NCBI GenBank assembly: GCA_945901855.1
Contig: CAMDLT010000020.1
Coordinates: 2,066 to 66,065, forward strand
Direction: 5' to 3'
Source: Asaia bogorensis
Lineage (GTDB): Bacteria; Pseudomonadota; Alphaproteobacteria; CACIAM-22H2
DNA: 64,000 nt
The notes below the pieces were generated by a model that was given only the letters and a program-made list of their open reading frames with translations, made no database searches and had not been told where the DNA came from. The translations under genes and the position numbers were made by a program. This document shows, one piece after another, positions 11,185 to 19,163 of the stretch; the first letter of the stretch is position 1; every line of letters begins with the position of its first letter.

Positions 11185-12356
11185 ACGTAGCCCGTGCTGC
11201 CGTCGGGTTTGGTCGGTACCTTGCGCTCCCAGTGGACATATCCGTCGCTCTTCAGCACATCTTCGTCGATTTCGACGCCCCAGCCCGGCCGCGCGGGCCG
11301 CAATTCCAGGTGACCGTCTTTGGGCAGATACGGATCGCGAACATAGGGCGCGCCCGCGGAAGGATCGGCGACTTTGTCGTAGTTCGAGCCATGCGGCAGG
11401 CGGTATTCCAGAATTTTGAAATTCGGCAAAGCCGCGCAGAAATGCAGGTTGACCGCAGTGGCAAGCGGACCCATCGGATTGTGGGGGGCTACCGTCACGT
11501 AGTGCGCTTCGGCCAGGGCTGCGATCTTGCGCATCTCCGACAAGCCGCCGACCACGCAGATATCGGGCTGCACGATGTCGGCGCCGCGCACCTGCAGCAG
11601 GCGCAGAAACTCGAAGCGATTATAGAGGCATTCGCCCGTGGCAAGCGGGCAATCGAGCCGCGCTTTCAGAGCACCCCATGCGTCGATGTTTTCCGGCCGG
11701 ATCGGTTCCTCGAAAAACAGCGGATCGTAGGGAGCGAGCGCGTTGCCAAGCTGCACGGCCTGGATCGGTTCGAAGATTTTGGCGTGCGCGTCGAACGCTA
11801 TTTCGTAGTCGGCGCGAACGGTCTCGCGCAGTTTCGAGAAATAAGCCGCGCTTTCGCGCACGACATCGCCCCAGCGCTGGCGGTGAATGTCGCCGCGATA
11901 GGGGCTGAGCTTGAATGCGGTGAGCCCCCAATCGCCGGCAAGCTGGTCGAACGTGTCGCGCGCGATCAGCGGGTCCGGGGCGGTATAGACCCCCGCATAG
12001 ACGCGTACGCGGTCGCGGACATGGCCGCCCAGCAGCTGGTAGACGGGCACACCCAGCGCCTTGGCCGAAACATCCCACAAGCAATGATCGATCGCCGAAA
12101 TCGCCGCCAGGCCCAAGGCGCCGGGCGGAAACCGGCTCTGTTGCAACAAATAGAGGTTCAGATACTCGATACGTCGCGGGTCTTGGCCCGCCAAAAAGAG
12201 CGCCAGATACTCAAGCAGCGGGATCAAGGCGCGATCGGGGCCGTGATTGTAGCACTCCCCCCATCCGGTGATGCCCTCGTCGGTGTCGATCGCAACCAGT
12301 ACGCGCGGCCGATCCTTGTCGCGTGTCATGAAGGCCCTGAGGCGTTGAATTTTCAT
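11181..12356 (-). CDS. enolase-superfamily enzyme (galactonate-dehydratase-like), substrate unknown
   Basis: Trimmed from the 821-aa ORF to ATG 12356 (MKIQRLRAFMTRDKDRPRVLVAIDTDEGITGWGEC..). Motifs ..AIDHCLWDVSAKALGVPVYQLLGG.., ..FDAH.., ..FFEEP.., ..GE.., ..DIVQPD. Confidence 0.85.
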   Translation of the reverse strand: MKIQRLRAFMTRDKDRPRVLVAIDTDEGITGWGECYNHGPDRALIPLLEYLALFLAGQDPRRIEYLNLYLLQQSRFPPGALGLAAISAIDHCLWDVSAKALGVPVYQLLGGHVRDRVRVYAGVYTAPDPLIARDTFDQLAGDWGLTAFKLSPYRGDIHRQRWGDVVRESAAYFSKLRETVRADYEIAFDAHAKIFEPIQAVQLGNALAPYDPLFFEEPIRPENIDAWGALKARLDCPLATGECLYNRFEFLRLLQVRGADIVQPDICVVGGLSEMRKIAALAEAHYVTVAPHNPMGPLATAVNLHFCAALPNFKILEYRLPHGSNYDKVADPSAGAPYVRDPYLPKDGHLELRPARPGWGVEIDEDVLKSDGYVHWERKVPTKPDGSTGYV

Positions 12357-12431
12357 AAATCGATTTTGCACCGCGCGCGGGCGGAAGGCAACTTCCCGCG
12401 CGCACAGGAACGGGATAATCTTTCTGCAGTC

Positions 12432-13796
12432 ATGCCGTTCTCGCCGCTCGATTCCCAGATCTTTGGCCCGCTTTTTGTGCCCGATGCGATGGTTGCCGTT
12501 TTCGGCGACGACGCTTTGCTGGCAGCGATGCTGCGCGCCGAAGCCGCGCTGGCAAAATGCCAGGCGCGTTTGGGACTTGTCCCGCCAAGTTTGGCAACCG
12601 CGATCGAGGCAATCGCGCCCGCCGCCTTTGACAAGGCGGCGCTGGGGGCCGCGACGGCGCTGGCGGGTGTGCCGACAATCCCCTTCGTGAAGGCGCTGCA
12701 AAAACTGCTGCCTGCCGACCTCGAACCCCATCTTCATCTTGGCGCAACTTCGCAGGACATTCTCGATACCGGCCTTGCGCTGCAGATGACGGTTGCGTTC
12801 GATCTGCTGGCGGCCGATCTGGCGGATTTGCTTGCGGCACTCGTGCGCCGCGCGCGCCGCCATGCGGATATGCCGTGCATCGCGCGCACCTACGGCCAAC
12901 ACGCCGCGCCGATCTCGTTCGGCTTCAAGGTTGCCGTGTGGCTCGACGGCATTTGCGATGCAGCCGCCGAGCTTGCGCATCGCCGCGAGATCACGTGCCG
13001 AGCTCAGCTCGGCGGGCCGGTCGGCACGCTTGCGGCTTTTGGCGACAAAGGTCCTGCGCTGTTGGCCGACTTCGCGGCCGAGCTTGGACTTGGCGTGCCG
13101 ACGATCGCGTGGCACGCCAGCCGCGTCAATTTGGTCGGGACCGCCCAGTGGCTTGCAGTTCTCGCGGGCACATGCGCCAAAATGGCGGGCGATGTCGTGG
13201 CGCTCGCCTCGAGCGAGGTCGGCGAGGCAAGTGAACCGCATGTGCCTGGGCGTGGCGGATCGTCGGCGATGCCGCACAAGCGCAACCCGATCGCTGCCGT
13301 TGCTATTTTGGCGAATGCGCAGGCGGCCGCTGGACTGGCTGCGGGATTGAGCGGCAGCTTGGTCGCGGCGCACGAGCGTCCGGCAGGCGCGTGGCATGCT
13401 GAGTGGCATGCGATCGCATCGCTTTTCGGGTGCGCTGCGGGTGCGCTTGCGCATGCGCGCGCGCTGGCCGAAGGGCTTGCCATCGATCCAGCAGCGATGG
13501 CCCGCAATGTGGATCTGACGCGCGGGCTCGTTTATGCCGACGCGGCAGCCGCGGCGCTGGCGCCGACGCTCGGTCGCAGCGCCGCACATGCTTGCGTCGA
13601 AGCAGCGGCAGACAGCGTTCGGCGGACGGGCACGACGCTGCAGCACGCATTGGCAGCCTCCCAGACGGTGCTTTCGTCCGCGGAACTTGCCGCGATTTTC
13701 GATCCGTCGGCAGCGGTAGCTGCTGCTGCCCGTTGGGTCGAGCCAGTCGCACGACGCGCTGATGCGCTTGCAGCCCGGCTGTGCGTGCGGGCATAG
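12432..13796 (+). CDS. pcaB: 3-carboxy-cis,cis-muconate cycloisomerase
   Basis: Trimmed from the 1090-aa ORF to ATG 12432. It carries the fumarate-lyase superfamily signature GSSAMPHKRNP and a PcaB-like N-terminus (..LHLGATSQDILDT..). It is followed by pcaL and pobA. Confidence 0.85.
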   Translation: MPFSPLDSQIFGPLFVPDAMVAVFGDDALLAAMLRAEAALAKCQARLGLVPPSLATAIEAIAPAAFDKAALGAATALAGVPTIPFVKALQKLLPADLEPHLHLGATSQDILDTGLALQMTVAFDLLAADLADLLAALVRRARRHADMPCIARTYGQHAAPISFGFKVAVWLDGICDAAAELAHRREITCRAQLGGPVGTLAAFGDKGPALLADFAAELGLGVPTIAWHASRVNLVGTAQWLAVLAGTCAKMAGDVVALASSEVGEASEPHVPGRGGSSAMPHKRNPIAAVAILANAQAAAGLAAGLSGSLVAAHERPAGAWHAEWHAIASLFGCAAGALAHARALAEGLAIDPAAMARNVDLTRGLVYADAAAAALAPTLGRSAAHACVEAAADSVRRTGTTLQHALAASQTVLSSAELAAIFDPSAAVAAAARWVEPVARRADALAARLCVRA

Positions 13797-13804
13797 TGCA
13801 AGCC

Positions 13805-14959
13805 ATGCCGATCTTGAAAATCGTCGCGCGTGAAATGTTTTACGACCTGACAGGTCCCGCTCAAGCGCCTGTCATTTTGTTTTCCAACTCTTTGGGCGCT
13901 ACCGTCGAAATGTGGGATGGGGTGGTTCGCCTCCTGGCGCCATTTTATCGCTGCCTGCGTTACGACACGCGCGGTCACGGGCGCTCGCCTGTGCAGCCGG
14001 GGGCTGCGACCATCGCCGATCTTGCCGACGATGTCATAGAACTGCTGGATGCGCTTGGAATCGACCGGGCGCATGTCGTCGGGCTGTCGATGGGCGGCAT
14101 GATCGCGCAATCGCTTGCCGGGCGTTATCCTGCGCGCGTCGATCATGTAGCGTTGCTGGCGACTGCGCCTTCGTTGCCGCCACCGGAGAATTGGTTCGCC
14201 CGCGCGCAGACGGTACGGGCGCAGGGTATTGGCGCCATTGTCGACGCCACGATGCTGCGCTGGTTTTCGCCAGATGCGGACCCGGCACTTGTTGCGATAT
14301 CGGCCGCACAATTCTCAAAAATCGACGGCGAGGGGTACGCGATCGCTTGCGAGGCGATTGCGCGCCTCGATCTGCATGCCAATTTGCCGGCCATCAAGGC
14401 GCCGACGCTTGTTGTGGCAGCGTCGTCCGATCCCGTCACGACCGTCGCGATGGGCCGGGAGATGGCAGCTTCGATTTCCAGTGCACGATTTGCCGAAATC
14501 GACAATGCCGCGCATCTTTTTGCGATCGAGCGGCCAGACGAGACGGCTGCAGTATTGCGCGAATTTCTGCCCGCCGCATCGCGCGCGGAAGATTCCGATT
14601 ACGCCGAAGGCCTTGCCAATCGCAAGGCCGTGCTGGGCGTCGATCACGTGCAACGCTCGCTCCAAAAAGCGGGCGCATTTGGCCAGCCCTGGCAGGAATT
14701 CATCACGCGTCTTGCATGGGGCGAAACTTGGGGCGATGCGACGTTACCGTTCAAAACGCGCTCGCTCGTCACGCTGGCGATGATGATCGCGCTCGGCCGC
14801 GAGGCCGAGTTCAAGCTGCATCTGCGCCCGGCGCTCAAAAATGGCGTAACGCCTGCGGAATTGCGCGCCTTGATGATGCATGCGGCCGTCTATGCGGGCG
14901 TGCCGGCCGTCAACGGTGCGTTTGCGGCCGTGCGCGAAGAATTGGGCGATCTCGTATGA
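13805..14959 (+). CDS. pcaL: bifunctional 3-oxoadipate enol-lactonase / 4-carboxymuconolactone decarboxylase (PcaD-PcaC fusion)
   Basis: The N-terminal alpha/beta hydrolase domain (..VILFSNSLG.., GLSMGG nucleophile elbow) is fused to a C-terminal carboxymuconolactone decarboxylase domain (..FKTRSLVTLAMMIALGREAEFKLHLRPALKNGVTPAELRALMMHAAVYAGVP..). The start could instead be 13781. Confidence 0.85.
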   Translation: MPILKIVAREMFYDLTGPAQAPVILFSNSLGATVEMWDGVVRLLAPFYRCLRYDTRGHGRSPVQPGAATIADLADDVIELLDALGIDRAHVVGLSMGGMIAQSLAGRYPARVDHVALLATAPSLPPPENWFARAQTVRAQGIGAIVDATMLRWFSPDADPALVAISAAQFSKIDGEGYAIACEAIARLDLHANLPAIKAPTLVVAASSDPVTTVAMGREMAASISSARFAEIDNAAHLFAIERPDETAAVLREFLPAASRAEDSDYAEGLANRKAVLGVDHVQRSLQKAGAFGQPWQEFITRLAWGETWGDATLPFKTRSLVTLAMMIALGREAEFKLHLRPALKNGVTPAELRALMMHAAVYAGVPAVNGAFAAVREELGDLV

Positions 14960-16143
14960 GCGTCCAACGCACCCAGGTCGGCATTGTCGGTGCCGGGCCT
15001 GCCGGCTTGCTGCTGTCGCATCTGCTGCATTTGAACGGGATCGCTTCGGTCGTGCTCGAAGACCGGTCGCGTAAATATGCCGAAGAACGCATCCGCGCGG
15101 GCGTGATCGAACAGGGTGTTGCCGATCTACTGGTCGATGCGGGCATCGGTGCGCGCCTGCAGCGCGAGGGGCTGCGCCATACTGGCGTCAAACTTCACTT
15201 CAAGGGTGCAAGCCACCGCATCGATCTGGCCGATCTGACGGGCGGCAAGGCGGTTACGGTCTATGGCCAGCACGAAGTCGTCAAAGACCTGATTGCGGCG
15301 CGCCTCGCAGTCGGCGGCGAAATCCGCTTCGAGGCCAAGGTGACGGCCGTGCGGGAATTTAAAACCGACGCGCCGCAGATCGACTATGTCGAAAACGGTA
15401 CCGCCCAAACGCTGCTTTGCGACTATGTCGCGGGCTGCGACGGTTTTCATGGGCTGTGCCGTCCGGCCGTGCCTGCGGGCGAGTTGCAATTCTTCGATCG
15501 GCAATATCCGTTCGGATGGCTGGGGATTCTGGCCAAAGTGCGGCCTGCGTCCGAGGAACTGGTTTATGCCCGCCACGAAGACGGCTTTGCGCTGCTCTCG
15601 ATGCGATCGAGCGAGATCAGTCGGCTCTATCTGCAGTGCGAACCCGACGACGAAATTGCCAACTGGCCCGAAGCGCGTATCTGGAGCGAGTTGCACCGGC
15701 GCTTGGGAAATGCGGGCGAGCACGCATTGGCGGAGGGGCCGACGCTGCAAAAAGGCATTACGGCGATGCGAAGCTTCGTGACCGAACCGATGCAAAGCGG
15801 GCGTCTGTTCCTGGCCGGCGATGCGGCCCATATCGTGCCGCCGACCGGTGCCAAAGGCATGAATCTGGCGATTTCCGACGTGCGCTTGTTGGCACGCGCG
15901 ATCGAAACGCATGCCAAACGGGGCGATGCGCAACGCCTCGAAGCCTATTCGCAGACGGCGTTGCGGCGTATCTGGAAAGCGCAGCGTTTTTCGTGGTGGA
16001 TGACGTCGCTCTTGCACAAATTCGGCGACGAGACCCCGTTCGACGAACGCCGTCAGTTTGCCGATCTCGACTATCTGGTGGCATCGAAAGCAGCTTTGAC
16101 CAGTTTGGCTGAAAATTATGTCGGTTTGCCTTTCGACGATTGA
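14956..16143 (+). CDS. pobA: 4-hydroxybenzoate 3-monooxygenase
   Basis: ATG 14956 overlaps the pcaL stop (ATGA). FAD motif VGIVGAGPAGLLLSHLL. It has a PobA-like length (395 aa) and is collinear with PobA (..LAGDAAHIVPPTGAKGMNLA..). Confidence 0.9.
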   Translation: MSVQRTQVGIVGAGPAGLLLSHLLHLNGIASVVLEDRSRKYAEERIRAGVIEQGVADLLVDAGIGARLQREGLRHTGVKLHFKGASHRIDLADLTGGKAVTVYGQHEVVKDLIAARLAVGGEIRFEAKVTAVREFKTDAPQIDYVENGTAQTLLCDYVAGCDGFHGLCRPAVPAGELQFFDRQYPFGWLGILAKVRPASEELVYARHEDGFALLSMRSSEISRLYLQCEPDDEIANWPEARIWSELHRRLGNAGEHALAEGPTLQKGITAMRSFVTEPMQSGRLFLAGDAAHIVPPTGAKGMNLAISDVRLLARAIETHAKRGDAQRLEAYSQTALRRIWKAQRFSWWMTSLLHKFGDETPFDERRQFADLDYLVASKAALTSLAENYVGLPFDD

Positions 16144-16996
16144 GCGTCTGCTAGTAGGGGCGGCCATGTGCATGCTTGCGGCGGGGGCGCACGCAAGCGA
16201 GATCACGGTCGATGTCCAATACGAAAGCGCGGCGCTCAAGCGCACGGCACAGTATTCGGTGGTACGGCCGGACAGCTCGAGCGACCCGCTGCCGGTCGTC
16301 TATCTTCTGCACGGACGCGACAGTTCCGCTGCCGAGTGGCTGCGATTGGGCAATGTTGCCGCCACGTTGGACCGGCTGATTGCCGAGCGCCGCATTCCCC
16401 CGCTGATGGTGGTGCTGCCCGATGCGGGCAATGGTTGGTATGTCGACGGCCCTGCGATGGCGATGGAGACGGCCGTTGTGCGCGATCTGGTCGCCGACGT
16501 CGAGCATCGCTACCGTGTGCGAGCGGACCGCGCTGGACGCGCGATCGCTGGCAATTCGATGGGCGGGTTCGGGGCCGTGCGCATCGCCCTTGGTTATCCC
16601 GAGCGCTATGCGGCTGCCGCATCGATGAGCGGCGCCTTCTGGATCCGAATCACGCGCGAAATGGCGATCGACGAGGCGATGGCGGGGCGCTTGACGCGCG
16701 TGTTTTCGGAATCGTTCGGCCAGCCCTTCGATCCGAACTTCTTCGTGTCGCAGTCGCCCGAAGAAATGGCACGAAAGAAGCCGCCGGACGCGCCGCATCC
16801 CGCGCTTTACCTGACCGCGAGCCGCGGCGACCGATTTCGTCTCAACGAAGAGCAGGATACGATGGCGGCCTTGCTGCGCAACCACGGGATCAAGGTTGCC
16901 ACCGAGACAACCGAAGGCGACCACGACTGGGGCACCTGGGCGGCGGCGCTGCCAGACGTGCTTGCATTTTTGGGGCGCAGCTTGGCGTCCAAATAG
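16118..16996 (+). CDS. secreted esterase (esterase D / putative-esterase family alpha/beta hydrolase)
   Basis: 292 aa. Signal-peptide-like N-terminus (..LLVGAAMCMLAAGAHA/SE) and a GNSMGG nucleophile elbow. It overlaps the pobA 3' end by 26 nt if the start is 16118. An alternative start is ATG 16166. Confidence 0.7.
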   Translation: MSVCLSTIERLLVGAAMCMLAAGAHASEITVDVQYESAALKRTAQYSVVRPDSSSDPLPVVYLLHGRDSSAAEWLRLGNVAATLDRLIAERRIPPLMVVLPDAGNGWYVDGPAMAMETAVVRDLVADVEHRYRVRADRAGRAIAGNSMGGFGAVRIALGYPERYAAAASMSGAFWIRITREMAIDEAMAGRLTRVFSESFGQPFDPNFFVSQSPEEMARKKPPDAPHPALYLTASRGDRFRLNEEQDTMAALLRNHGIKVATETTEGDHDWGTWAAALPDVLAFLGRSLASK

Positions 16997-17006
16997 CCCA
17001 ATCGGC

Positions 17007-17759
17007 TCAGTAAGTGCTGCGTCCGCCGGTGATGTCGAATACGCCCCCGGTCGTGAACGAGCAGTCGGCCGAGGCGAGCCACGCGACGAGGGCCGCGATC
17101 TCGTCGATTTTAACGAAGCGGCCCATCGGTATTTTGCCGAGCATGAAGGCGACGTGGGCCTCGCTCATTTGCTTCAGAATGTCGGTGTCGGCAACGGCAG
17201 GCGTCACGCAATTGACCAGCACGTTCGATTTTGCGAGCTCCTTGCCCAACGACTTGGTCAGCGCAATCAGACCCGCTTTGGCAGCCGAATAGGCGGGCGC
17301 GTTGGGGTTACCCTCTTTGCCAGCCACGGACGCGACATTGACGATGCGCCCGTAGCCGCCTTTGAGCATCGTGGGCACGACGGCGCGGCTGCACAAAAAC
17401 GGTCCGTTGAGATCGACATCGATAACGCGCTTCCAGTCCGCAACCGGGTACTCCCACGTCGTCGCATTGGGCCCGGTGATGCCCGCGTTGTTGACCAAAA
17501 TATCGATGCCGCCCATCGTCCCCAGCGTTGCCGAAACGCCGGTCGCGACATTGTTTTCGTCGGTCACATCGACGGCGACGCCGTGGACGCGCTTGCCCGC
17601 TGCAAGGCGTTTGGTGGCCGCATCGATCGCGCCTGGATCGCGGTCCCAGAGGGAGACTTCGGCGCCCGAGGCCAAAAATCGTTCGGCGACGGCAAGACCG
17701 ATGCCGCGTGCCGCGCCCGTAATGACGGCACGTTTTCCCTCAAGATCGATCTTGTTCAT
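17007..17759 (-). CDS. short-chain dehydrogenase/reductase (3-oxoacyl-ACP reductase-like)
   Basis: Trimmed to ATG 17759 (MNKIDLEGKRAVITGAARGIGLA..) after GGGAGGGG. Catalytic YSAAKAG (YxxxK) is present. 250 aa. Confidence 0.85.
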   Translation of the reverse strand: MNKIDLEGKRAVITGAARGIGLAVAERFLASGAEVSLWDRDPGAIDAATKRLAAGKRVHGVAVDVTDENNVATGVSATLGTMGGIDILVNNAGITGPNATTWEYPVADWKRVIDVDLNGPFLCSRAVVPTMLKGGYGRIVNVASVAGKEGNPNAPAYSAAKAGLIALTKSLGKELAKSNVLVNCVTPAVADTDILKQMSEAHVAFMLGKIPMGRFVKIDEIAALVAWLASADCSFTTGGVFDITGGRSTY

Positions 17760-18040
17760 GGCCCGCCCCTCCCGCTTGTTATATGTGGTGCCCCACTGAA
17801 GCAGGCGAGGGCATTGGCGCCAAGCGAAAAAGCACAACGATCTGTTTTGGCGGCTTGGATATCGGTTGCTAGGATCCGCGGGCTTGCCCCCGCGAAGGCG
17901 GGTGGTCGACGGTCGAGAAGAGCTTGTAAGGACCCTTGAGGTTCGGCACGTGCAGTTTGAAGCAGGGTTCGTGCGTTGTCGCTAAAGTGCGTTACGGCGC
18001 CGCCCAGCGCGATGGTATGCGGCGATTGAGGTGTGGGGCT

Positions 18041-19030
18041 CTATGTGTCCTTCGCAAAGTCCTTGCAGCCGGGATCAAAGTCATTCGCCTTATGCGGCCA
18101 GATCCGGTCGCTAGGTTTGTGTTTCTGCGGTGGGCGGTCGAGACCGTCGAAAAAAACCAAACCTGTCTGCGCCTCGATCCAGGCAACGCTTTCCAGGAAC
18201 CGCTCGGGGTTCTGCGCGCGTTTGGGATCGAGATAGCTATTGTCTTTTTGCGGAAATACAAAGGCGAGCGCTTGGTGGCTATTGCCGTCGTACCGCACGA
18301 CGACCTTGAACAGATAGTCGGGGATGGCGACAAGTGGCTGGCGCGCGCGTCCTTCGGCGGCGGTGCCGTTGTCCGCCCGATCGATCGGCGCAGCAAGTCG
18401 TTCGCGTGGAGCCCGGTTCGAAAAAATTGGTCCTGCGATCACCCAGAGATCGCCCGACTGGTTGGCCCAAGCTCCCGTCCGGCACTCGAGATCGAGCCAG
18501 CCGATACGATTGAACCGGCGACGTTGCGGAACCGCATTCACCGTATTATGCGTGAATTCGGCCGGTTCGGCGCCGGTCCGTTCGATTAGATTCTTGGCCG
18601 CCAGATGGCCGCGTTCGTACCAATCCGCGCGCGCGTGCGCGGCTTCGTCCTTGTCGGTGCGATAGCTGCCATGCGTCGCTGCCAAGCCCTCGCGGTAGAG
18701 CGTTTCGACGGTGTACCAATTGCGCGGGCGCTGATTGCCCAGGACGTGGTTCTCGTTCGAGGCGACGATACGGTGGGCAACAAAGGTTGGGATACGCCAC
18801 GGCTCTCCCGCAGGCGGCGCGCTTTTGAGGCTGACGACAAACGAGTCAAAACAGATTTGGATGTCGTAGGGCGCCACAAGTTTTGGATTATGGCTTTCGG
18901 GGTCCGCTGTATTGCAGTCACGCACGCCCGCTTTTTGATCGGCTTCGGCTGGTTTGAACACCCGCGTCTGGGCTTGGCCAGCCGACACCGCCCAGAAAAG
19001 AACCAGGGCTAAGCATAATTTCGAAACCAT
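18041..19030 (-). CDS. secreted DNA/RNA non-specific endonuclease (Serratia NucA-type beta-beta-alpha-Me)
   Basis: 329 aa. Signal peptide MVSKLCLALVLFWAVSAGQA/Q. Active-site-like ..YERGHLAAKN.. (xRGH) followed by ..HNTVNAVPQ...FN.., the family pattern. Confidence 0.75.
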   Translation of the reverse strand: MVSKLCLALVLFWAVSAGQAQTRVFKPAEADQKAGVRDCNTADPESHNPKLVAPYDIQICFDSFVVSLKSAPPAGEPWRIPTFVAHRIVASNENHVLGNQRPRNWYTVETLYREGLAATHGSYRTDKDEAAHARADWYERGHLAAKNLIERTGAEPAEFTHNTVNAVPQRRRFNRIGWLDLECRTGAWANQSGDLWVIAGPIFSNRAPRERLAAPIDRADNGTAAEGRARQPLVAIPDYLFKVVVRYDGNSHQALAFVFPQKDNSYLDPKRAQNPERFLESVAWIEAQTGLVFFDGLDRPPQKHKPSDRIWPHKANDFDPGCKDFAKDT

Positions 19031-19094
19031 AAATAAATAAAAACATACTTTTTTTAGATAGTCAAATTACGCGATTTATTATATCATTTTTCAA

Positions 19095-19132
19095 TAAAAA
19101 AGGGCACGACGCTCGCTGCGACCGTGCCCTTT
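19095..19132 (-). terminator. rho-independent terminator downstream of fccB
   Basis: On the minus strand the sequence reads GGGCACG-(14 nt loop)-CGTGCCC followed by TTTTTTATT. The stems lie at 19102-19108 and 19123-19129, and the T tract is the complement of the A run 19095-19101. Confidence 0.8.
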
Positions 19133-19163
19133 ATCTCGGGATAATCGGGATCTGAGGGTTGGG

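Noticed and set aside
10524-13796. 1090-aa plus-strand ORF and 821-aa minus-strand ORF (11181-13646) that overlap each other almost completely
   Set aside because: Each contains one real gene at its 3' end: pcaB from 12432 and the enolase-family gene up to 12356. The remaining parts are antisense to the other real gene and have no protein-like composition.
17878-17902. Overlapping alternative hairpins GCGGG-CTTGCC-CCCGC and CCCGC-GAAG-GCGGG in the 280-bp gap downstream of the nuclease gene
   Set aside because: The stems are only 5 bp and no U-tract follows on either strand. I could not support a terminator, attenuator or sRNA call from sequence alone. It is worth only a covariance-model scan.
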